From assembly GCA_003344405.1 (NCBI GenBank), contig NOWV01000142.1:1-64000 (forward strand): 64,000 bases of DNA, read 5' to 3'. Positions 29,443-40,600 of the stretch are shown in pieces. A program made the position numbers and the translations under genes. This stretch comes from Trichoplax sp. H2 (taxonomy: Eukaryota). Positions within the stretch are counted from its first letter, which is position 1, and each line of letters opens with the position of its first letter. Under the pieces are notes generated by a model. The model did no database searches and was not told the DNA's origin. It saw only the letters and a list, made by a program, of their open reading frames with translations.

Positions 29443-32400
29443 ATGGTAAGATAAAAGATTTAATTTTTATTTCAGCTCATATCCCTGCCATTAATTGTTC
29501 TACTTTTATATAACCAAACGACCATCGACTCTGAAAATATTTTAAGCACTTTTACTTTAAATACGTAAACGTCATTTATTGTTAATGCCAAAACTGCAAC
29601 ACGCCAAATTATAATAAAGATATTTCTAACGAAGGCAGAAATGGATAGGACATTCTCTGCCACCCTATCTGAATACTTAAATTTAATTTTAGTTAACTCG
29701 CACCACCCTTCCACAGATGATTATAACATGATTTAATCCGACATCAAATCCTAGATAATGATCGCCAAGTGCATATACTAACATACGATGTTGTTCCTAA
29801 TTTCGATTTAGTACGGTATTATCAATCATGTTTTTCAAGTCCTGGTGGAAGAGAGATTTGGCAAAGACACATGGCAACAGCTGAGGTAAAAAAGTTAAAC
29901 TAGATTCCTAATTCTCTGATACAGTACGAAAAATAGAGAAGGTAATTTCTGTCTCGTTAATAGTGCAGAAGAGTTTTAATAGAAATTATCATAGTTGATT
30001 TCTATCGGATGTGACCATCCTTACTTGCTATAAAAATTATTTTTATCGTAAAGATTTAATCCTTTTGCCTAATTTTAACTATATACTGGTATATGCGCAC
30101 TTAGGATATAACAAATAATTCTAGAATTTTTAGCACGGTAATACTGTTTGTCAAATAGCATATTGTACAGTAATTATGAATCACTTTAATAGAGATTATC
30201 ATCGCTGTATCATCTCCAAGTTAGGACGTATGTAGCATTTTAATTTACTACACAAAGTTACTGAGGCCACGACAAATTTGAACAATAGTACAAAACTATC
30301 ATTACATTTCCCTCACAGAATCTATTTTATATCGATAATTAAACTCATTTCTCGAAGTACTGTCCTGTATAAGTATAACACAGCATGACTATAACATTTG
30401 TAAGATTTGAGGCAAGATTTCAATTTGTAGATGTCTTAAGTGTTGATCAACCCGTAAAAGCTGCTGGAATAAATCTAAGCATCTATAAATAATTATACCT
30501 TATCCACATTAGCGTAATTTTACATCCCTTTAAAAAAATATCCGTGAAAGACGATTCATTTTTTAAGAAAGAAGGATATAGACTATCAAGAAAATCGGGC
30601 TGATACAATTTCCGGGCTTTTGAAGACATGAATCGCCTAAAGTACTATTTAGAGGTTGCTTTAGAAATATACAAGGCACTATTTTGATTTAACCCTTACT
30701 TGATATACAGTATAATAAGTACGGTATGCCTGCGATTATTCACTTGTTGTTGCCCATAACACCTTTTGTTTACGAAATTTCCAATTTGTTTGTAATAAGA
30801 TTGAAAACAAGGAATTATTTCTGCTACGATAATTCAACAGCTGCTATTTCTATTGATATGCTCGTATTACTGTAAAAGTAGACATTAGGCTTCTGTAGAA
30901 ATGTATTATTCATATTCACTGCGTCTTATATTAAATCCAGTCCTTATTGATAAATTCTAGTAAACTTCCATATTATGAGAATTCAATTTACCTTACATGA
31001 GTTTTTGAATATTTTATTTCAAACCGTTAATCCTTTATTGAGCTAATTTTACCGTTCGTCCAGTGATTGTAAAAGTATAGTTTGCTAACCAAAATGCTGT
31101 ATTCTTTAAACCTTTGATGTTTCTTTAGCAGTCGGGTTATTATGTCTTTACTTTCGATATATACTCTGTATATCTTGTTGATTGCGTAGCGTTATTCTTA
31201 ATTAAAGTAAGCATTACGTCACCAACATTGTTACAGATTCTTTACTATATAAATAGGAATATGCCAATGATTCAACACAAGTGATTTTATATACCTATAA
31301 CGGCAGAAGGTGCCACTATTTCTCCTCCTTACCTGCATTTAAATTATCAAACAAGGTCTTCCCCAATTTATGATGCAATTACTCCTTTGCCTAAGAAGCA
31401 TCATTCCCTACCTTATATCGATATTTGAACTATACATGCATATATTAAGCCAATTTATTAAAATAGATTAATATGAAATCTTGGAAATAGATGCAGCATC
31501 ACTACTGACAGCCACTTCATCTTATAGGATATCGTAAAATGTATTATTGCATAAATCATCCATTATAACCCATTTACTGTTCTAGATTATTTGTAACTAC
31601 TAGTAACGCTAATATACAAATACTAAATCATTAAAGAAACTAGGCCTTCAGTATAAGAAATACCCATATATCAAGCTAATTAGATGGCGTAAAATAGCAA
31701 GCATTTATTAAACTGACGTGATCCTAGGGCTACGGTATTTTCATCACTAAAAGCAACGCGTAGTATTCTATAAAAATATAAGACTTTTGGAAAGTTATTG
31801 TAATTCATTAAGATTTTGCGGTCAGCATGATATTTAATTTAATTTATTATAAAAAATTTAATATATAAATTGCTAATGAAAGCCATTTCATCAAATGCCA
31901 TGAAAGTGTTGCTGTAATATTAAACTTAATTGCTTAAGATAAATAAGAATCGTTGCTTCCAGGAGCGATATATAGTACTCTTAATGTGTCTGAAAACCAA
32001 ATATACGTTAAGATAACCTTTCCATCTATAGATTATTTGATCCTTGCCATATTCTAACTTTGATATTAAGATTCTAAAATGAGTAACGCTGTAATTTTTA
32101 TGTAATGTAGGAATAAAATAGATTGTATTCCGGAGAAATTTATCATGAAACATCCTTACGATGACAACATTACCGTAGACGTCGCTGAAGAATGTTCTAA
32201 ATTATTGGGTATATATTGATCTATAGATTAGTTGTGTATCCATACCTATAGCATTAATATATAATTGTAGTACAGCATATTAGAGGTTGATGTTAAAATC
32301 TTATAATGACTTCCTAATTTTCTATTTCTATCTTTCGCTGTTTCTCTCCAATATATCATTTACAGGTATTTCAGTAGATCAATTTCTAGAAACTTATGGA

Positions 32401-35400
32401 CAATTCTTTGTTGTTTGGTGCCATCGTACTAATTATGTCAGCATGATAAAAGTCATTGGATCTAACCTCTTCAATTTCTTAAGTAATCTAAATGCCCTCC
32501 ATGCTCATCTATCTATGACTTTCAATGGTATGAAACCTCCAGAGTTTCAGTGCATGCCTTCAGATGATCCAAAAAAGTTTTACCTCCATTATTATTCGTG
32601 TCGTGAGAATTTATTCGGTATCGTTGTTGGTGCAACTAGAGAAGCTGCTCGCTCCCTCTTTAATCGTCGAATCTCCATTAAAATAATCAGTAAGACAGTT
32701 GACAATAGTCGTTATGCCAATCGCCATCACATCGTCTTCGAAATTTGCGATTTAGGTTACGCCGATATTAAATTGGCACGTACGGAAACAATTGCAATGG
32801 AGCCTGGAGCAGCAATGTTTGTTCACATGAATGGCTACAGCAGTGAGAGTTTTGATTACCAGTCACAAACTGAATACGTCAATTCTAAAGTCTTTTGCCG
32901 TATTTTTCCATTTCATATTATCTTCGATCAAGATTTAATTATTAAACGTGTTGGTGTTGGTCTTTATCGACGCTTACAGGATTTAAATACAGCGGATAAA
33001 CCACGACTGGATCAATTTTTCGAATGTCTTAAACCACCTGTTAAACTATGTAAACGAAGTATTAAAAGCTACAGAAATAACGATTTTATCTTACAATGTA
33101 AAGATAAATCTATTAAAGAAGGCAATTTATTTCAATTAAAAGGTGAAATGGTCGAATTAGAAGAACATGGTTCACATTATATGTTCATCTGCTCACCCGT
33201 AGTTGAGAAGTTAACTGATTTACAAAATCGTGGTCTCTTTATAAGTGATATTCCACTTCATGATATGACTCGTGAATTATTGCTACTAAATGAGCAACGT
33301 TTAGCAGAATTTCAGCTGTCTAAGCAATTAGAGGAGACAACTGCTCAATTGCAAGCAACATCGGTAGCCCTAGAAATGGAAAAAGTTAAAGCAGATAATT
33401 TATTACATAGTATGTTGCCACCATTAGTCAGCGATCGATTACGCAATGGTGATACAGTAGAGGCTGGAGAATATGAACAAGCTAGTATTATGTTTAGTGA
33501 TATCGTAGGCTTTACAACCATTTGCAGCCAGTGTAGACCTATGGATGTGGTTCAGTTTCTGAACAGTTTGTATGTGAAATTTGACAAGCTAACCAATGTT
33601 CATGACGTTTATAAGGTGAGATCTACTGTTGCATACTAAATTATTATTTGATTTATTTTCGCCATCATGTCAAGCGGTCTCCAATCGATTATTTTAGAAC
33701 GAGACGAGTATAATTCAAGTTGAATATAGTGCCAGCTACACTGTACATATGTTATATTCAGATGCGGTGAAAGTACTATAAGAACACAATAAATTGTATC
33801 TTTCCCTAGAATTCTAGTTTTAAAAAATTTGTAATCGAATCATCTTAAGTGAAAACATTCGGTCATAATTAATTGAAGTCTTTTATGTCAACCACTTGAT
33901 CATTTACGATGGATTGATTCTTACCACATTGGTAAATCATTTTTGCTAATACATCTAGTGATATCATTTCGCTAGTAAGATAAAATCATTCACTTTATTA
34001 TCGATAATGATTGTCATAATGAATTTAATTTCATTGATATTAATGAAACACTATTATAACAATCTATCAGGTGTTGTACTTCGAATCATTAACAAGTAGA
34101 GTTTGCCTTATTTTGTTTAGGTAGAGACTATTGGTGATGCATACATGGTAGTAGGAGGTTTACCGGAACCATGTGCTAATCACGCTGAAAAAGTAGCTCG
34201 AATGGCGTTATCTATGGTTGATTGTGCTGTGCAAGTATCATCTCCATCTGATAACAAACCACTTCGAGTAAGTATAAAAAATTCTTTATTTTAAATAATA
34301 ATCATTAGAATTACAGCCACAACTAATACTATAATTTAGATCGTATCTGCTTGACAGTATGGTGATTTTAATACATAAATGTTATCAAATACTGCATATT
34401 TTCAGTAATTGGTGTAGGTGATAGTATTATAGGTATTATTATATATCCTGCTTATGAAGGACTATAAGTAAAAACGTTGATGCTTACATGATTCTATCTT
34501 AAGGCAAAGAACGTTTACAGTTTAAGTAAAAGATCTCATGTTCAGATAAAATTTAGTAACCAATTTGTTACCGGTTAGATATGCGTAGAGATGAAGTAAA
34601 TAAATTATTGGAATAAAAGGGGCGAACAGGAAATTAAAATCTACTTTCCAATATTACAATGACTTTCATGAAATATATCAGTAATAAGCAAGAAAATAGT
34701 ATAATAATTTGGAGAGATGATAGGTACTGTAGAATCTTTCTATATTATTATCACAATAATACTAATAGCATCTTTTATACCAGAATGGGAATTCATTTTA
34801 GCCATTTACGATATTGATTAAGATGGATAGCGAGTTATGCTATTGTTTAAAGTCATTAACAGCCTATCTTAAGCCAATTGATAGGACAATGTAATCGTAT
34901 TTGCATCTGCTGGATAAATCTAATTTCTTATGATACCATTTATTTTCATTAACATGAGTTAAAAGGTAAACGTTACCTTTACTACATTGTCGTAGATTAG
35001 AATTGGAATACATTCTGGGCCGGTAGTTGCAGGTGTTGTTGGAAGCAAAATGCCTCGCTACTGCTTATTTGGTGATACTGTTAATACTGCAAGTCGTATG
35101 GAAAGCCATGGCTTGCCTAGTACTATTCACATCAGCGAAGCCTGTTACAAGTAAGATAATTTAATAAGCTTTTATACCTTCACTCATTGAAATCGAACTA
35201 CATTAGAGTGTTCTATAAGAGCATTCTCGCAGTGTTCTCTATTTAAAATATCAATATTACCAATCCTAAAGAAATGATAAACTTTGACAGATATTTGAAA
35301 GGTAAAGGGTTTCGAATGCAATCGCGAGGCAAGGTGGCAATTAAAGGAAAAGGATTAATGAACACTTACTTTGTTTTACGTGAATGTCAGAGATCGATCA

Positions 35401-35561
35401 ATTTAGAGGATGATCCACTAAGGAAAAAATCGGAAACTGTGCCCCCTCTTTCTACCCTAAATCGGCAACTTGTTGATGATAAATTACCTGTCACTTCTAA
35501 TTGCTTAAATATGGTATCGTGGAAAGCATCTAATGAGCAAAATTCCTGTGTAATACAGTAA
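29443..35561 (+). CDS. Soluble guanylate cyclase, beta-type (H-NOX + PAS/H-NOBA + coiled coil + cyclase), beta2/atypical-like with C-terminal CaaX, 7 exons, ~665 aa
   Basis: Exons: 29443-29445 (ATG|GTAAG), 29812-29885 ([24 protein letters not shown]), 32111-32208, 32366-33615, 34121-34267 ([15 protein letters not shown]), 34996-35150 ([37 protein letters not shown]), 35291-35561. All introns are GT-AG with consistent phases; total 1998 nt. Motifs: NLNALHAHL (haem His), HYYSCR (YxSxR), FSDIVGFT. Confidence 0.92.
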
Positions 35562-36609
35562 ATCTAAATATCATTAGCAGAAATTTTATTAAAACTATAG
35601 TTTTAATCATCAATGAACACATGGATATTTGAATATAAATCATATTAGATTTTAGAAAAGACCATTAATATCATAATTATATTCGAAATGCAATATTGCG
35701 TAATCGAATTCGCTTCAGCCATCGACTCCAGAGTGCTTCCTCAGTAAGATTAGAATAAACTGTGTTATGTAGACTTTGAAACATGCCAATTAAGTAAAAT
35801 AGGACCAAATCAATATAGTACTGAAATATCTTGGTAATAGCCATCGTTACTATGCTTTATATCACCTATTTCTCCTTGTTATTGTAGCTGCTATAATAAC
35901 TGGCCAATCATTGTATATCCATTGTTAAACAAGAGATTCTGAAATGAAGTTGTAACAATCTTTATTTTACGCCTAACTCCATTAACTGTAAAATTATTCT
36001 ATTCGAAAGATATAGCTGAAGGTACAGCAAACAATCGAGGGCAGATTTACTGTATCAACATAATAAATAAAATGATCGCCTTGTGGATCGTCTTCGGTTG
36101 TCCATGGTCAATTGATACACGGTATAAAAGTAATTTTAAAAAATTATAACAAGAATTTTCTATTATAGGATTCTTTTTTGCCTTGCTGATTCCGTATATT
36201 ACATTGGTTAGAAATCTTTTAGTTGGCTAACAGTTGACAAATTGTGAAGGATGCAGTTTCCTTCAAGTAATTGTAAACGATAAAATGATGTTGTATACGT
36301 CATTAATGTCACTACTATCATTCTACAAAGAATAATAGTCCATGTTATTAAAACCTCTTAAACACCGACATGAAGCAACAATAATTACTTCTTTCTCTAA
36401 TAATATAAATAGTATCATATTTGCAAGTAATAATATTCATACTGTAAGTTAACTTCTCACGATAATGTTCTTTAAAACATAGTCCTGCTAAAACTGTAAT
36501 TGATATTAAAGATCTGGAAAAACGCAACTAAAATTTTGACTTAAATATTTATCAACAACATTGACACCAAATGTTAGTTAAAAATTAAGTTACCAGTAGT
36601 TCATTACTA

Positions 36610-36855
36610 TTTTAATACCAATGCTAATATTATTATTAATAATAATAATAACAATGGTAGAACCGTAACGATAATAATAACTATAACGTAATAATAATGA
36701 TAATGATAATAATAATAATAATGATAATATTAATAATAATAGTAATGATAATGACAACAATAATAATAATATAATACTAATAATATAATAGTAATAATAA
36801 ATATCATAATAATAATATAATAATAATGATAACAATAATAATAATAATGATATAA
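36610..36855. repeat. Imperfect (AAT)n microsatellite, ~245 bp, between the convergent sGC and mbl 3' ends
   Basis: Long run of AAT/GAT/AAC triplets seen directly. Confidence 0.9.
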
Positions 36856-37664
36856 AGAAATAGACGACAAATACTCATATAGCCTAACATGTTAAATTCG
36901 GAATAGTACGTAGCGCAGAAAGTACTAGGAATAGAAATTCGGCAGATATTTCACGATACAGTCTTGTCATTTTTACTCGATGATTGGGTACAATGCTATC
37001 GACCATTCACATTGTCGCGAGTACCAGAGAACATCAAATTAAATAAAATCTGTACTAAATACCTAAACTTTTTTAACTATCAGATCTTCGAATTCATAGA
37101 CCTGTTAAAAAATTCTAAAAATGTTTGATACTTTGTGATAAACATATAGTTTAAAAACATTTTAGAGAGCTATTTTTATATTGGATATTTTGCGTAAAAT
37201 CGTAATACTGCCTCTTTTAGTTTGCAATTATTTGGATAGAATATAATCTTCAGTATACCAACAGCAATGGATCTTGTCGAATATGTTTATCAGATTACGT
37301 TTGTCAGAAAGTATTTTCAGTCCGAAATTACTCCTATAATCAGATTATAACCTCAGTATCAACAGTCGTCCGTCGTAATAGATAAAAATCGCTATCTGGT
37401 GATACCCTTAAAGCGCATTTAAACATACATCAAATTGTTACGGCAATTGCAGTGTATCTCGTGTCACATCATATCTCACCGTCAGGCATCCTCTAGGGAA
37501 CATTTACGTGAAGGAATCCACAATCGTTACAGATGATAAAGAAAGAAAAATAATCTTTCATTAATACCATAGACGGAGCATGACAATAATTTCATATAAA
37601 AGTACGCATGATATTATACTAATAAGCGTAGATAATAACAAGGTTGCATAGAAGCTAACTAAAG

Positions 37665-40600
37665 TTAACTTGAACCCGTAAAGTGAAATAGTACCTGATA
37701 CAATGGCGTGAACGAAATTTAAATAAAAACACAAATACAATCATTACTTATTAATATTCGATAAATACCTGAATAGGCACGAATGTCGGTGGTACACCAG
37801 AAGGTGTAATAAAATTAGCAGTACCAACCGTAGCCGGGACCGTTGGCATGTGTGTGTGAGGGACTATGGTAAAAGATAATTTTGCTGCTATTAAATTGCT
37901 GTACTAATGACGATATTTTAAGAGTTTAAGATAGCAATTGCTGACAAAAGGTAGATACCTATTGAATGCGTAATCAAATTAATAAACGGCGAAACTAAAT
38001 AATTTACTACTTACTTGGCATTCCTGGTAACTGAGCCATGGGAGTAAAAAATGGCGTAAATACTTGTTGCTGTTGCCAAGCTAAGGTATTTGGACTAACT
38101 GCTCCATTAAAATTATTTACGTTGACTCTTCTTTTAGGATGAAATGATTCATTGACAAAGTTCTGAAATTAGGAAAAACTTGTCAATGGAAACTGCTTTG
38201 TAGCATGGTAATCTTTTATACTTAGATTAGCGTGTCAGTACATCAGTATTATCCGGATAGATGATACTTTTCGTTAGAGGTAGATATTACTACGTAGTTT
38301 ATTATTTATGGTCGAAAAAACTTGCTTTGTTGTATCTACACCATAAATTGATAGATGTACTAATTCTGACTAATGTGAGGGTTGTACTATAACGTACACT
38401 ATATTTCTCTGTAAAGGACCGATTGGCCTCATTTGTATATGATACGAAATAATTACAACTCATTGTTAGATTATACTGATACAATGAATAGTGTACTGAA
38501 TGCTATCATCAGATATTAGCATTATTACTGTTCGATCAATATAATTTATGAACGAAGTATTCGTTAGTCTTTTTGACGAACATGTTCCGAGATTATAACT
38601 AAGTTGCAGACAAAAAACCTTATTGGTAGCCAGTATCGCGGATAAAAATATCACAGGGTAGAGACTGCCACAAAATTTTTTGATTTAGATTAGTTTTATA
38701 CATAATATAAGCAGCGTGTACCGTATCGTTATGCTCCAGCTTGCGTTTTCTGCCGTCAGTCTAATTAGTAACGGTAGCAAGCGTTAGGCAGCAGCAGTGG
38801 CATAGCATAAGAGTAGAAAGTTATTAAAGTGTTATAAAAATGTCTGAAAAACGAAGCTGACAGCAAAGCTTAGTGTGATTCAACTGTCAAGCAATATATC
38901 ACTGATTACATTAAAATAAATGCGTGAATATATTCTTAAATTCTATATCAGCGTATGTACTATGTGCTATTTAATGCGTGCTACCAGTCTAGTCGTCGTT
39001 CATTGTCAGTGATTCAGAGTCAATAAATATCGAAACTTTATTTCCATAATTGTTACTGAAAAGATTTCGTCGTTAATATCGTAAGGAGAAGAAGTGAAAG
39101 ACGGGTTTTTATTATCAATTCTAAATAGTATGATGCCAAGTGTGAAAGTTGCCTGTTTAGGAATACAGTAGTTGTAAAAATTTAAGCTGTGATTCGCGAA
39201 TACAGCGGATATGTACACTTATAGATGGCAGAAGAAATTATTAGATTCTGACAGTACGGTATACGTAAATCTGTATGAAAACGTATACAAAAACAGGTAA
39301 AGCAAGTCTAGTTCAAAATACTTACAAGCAACACGCACTGACCTGATCTGTTATTTGCTGTTGTTGCGGAGGTTGCTGTTCTAGTGTTGATTGCTGTTGT
39401 TGTTGTGGTTGAGGGAGAGGCTGTTGGACCGGCTGAGCTTGCTGTTGCTTTACTCGTGTTAGTAGATGCGGAGGTGGATGAAAGTATCTGCATACATCGC
39501 GTTGGCACTTCCCTTTGATGTGATCCATGCATAATGTGACAGTGTTATCATATTTATCGATAACAACATTAGTAGGAGGATGAGCGTAGCGACATTCATC
39601 TTCACCCCGTGAGCATGTGCCACGTCTGTACTGCCGACAAACCTAATTAATAAATTAATTATTACACTAGTCATGAAATGCATGATTTACGAAAGTAAAG
39701 GGTTTTATTATTCGCTGTATTTGATAATTTGAATTACCTCCATTCGGTCAACTTTAGCAGGCTTCTTAGGCATAGAATTACCGATAGCATTGTTAATCAG
39801 TATCGGTTCTAGTGGAGCACTAGTTACATATTCCGGATATAATGCTGGAACTATGCTAACAAAAGGTGCGCTCTAGAGAATTAGGCAAATATGCGTATAT
39901 TAGGTACAACATACACTGTGCATGCATCGTTTATTTAATATATCTATATCTAGATATTTGAACATATGGCAGAAATCGATTATAGTGTATTCCTTCCTTA
40001 ATATCTTAAATAAATTGTAGAACGAGACCGATGTGATATGTATGTATTCCGTTTGCAAATATTACAACATCTAGTAAATTTGTTGAAAAGCTCTTATATT
40101 CTACTTACTATTGGTTGCCCTACGAATGGTGGTCCAGTTGTAAGTAGCAGCTGTTGCTGCATCTGTCGTTGTTGCTGTTGCTGTTGCTGGTGTTGTTGTT
40201 GCTGTCTTAAGTTTAGTCTGCCGTTGTTTTCTAGTTGAATTTTTAAATGCTTCGGTGGATGAAAGTACTTGCAAACCTCACGATTACATCGATTCTAATT
40301 ATGAATCACAATTAGGCGGTTTCGTTAACTAATACCGGCGTATTACATTTAAGACATGATTACAGATTGAATTTCCTTGTTTGTTTAAATTTATTAGCTA
40401 TCATGTAGGATCCAATGAAACCGGCAGCATTTCCTACAGGTGCTATTCTTAAAGTGGCTATACAATGTACCTCTTTATAACACTACGACATACTGTACAT
40501 TTTATTCTGTTACAGTGAATACATGTACAACGCAGTCAAGCTGATTGCGATAGTTGTTTAAAAGAATAGGCACCAGATGCTCTGATGTTATTGACTCAAA

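Noticed and set aside
32287-32365. Hydrophobic N-terminus of the 450-aa ORF resembling a signal peptide (receptor-type GC)
   Set aside because: It is the translated polypyrimidine tract of intron 3; the true N-terminus comes from the upstream H-NOX exons.
36590-36835. 81-aa Leu/Tyr/Ile-rich ORF
   Set aside because: Translation of the (AAT)n microsatellite.
40038-40238. Cys-rich + strand ORF resembling a metallothionein
   Set aside because: Antisense reading of the mbl CAG/CAA polyQ exon.
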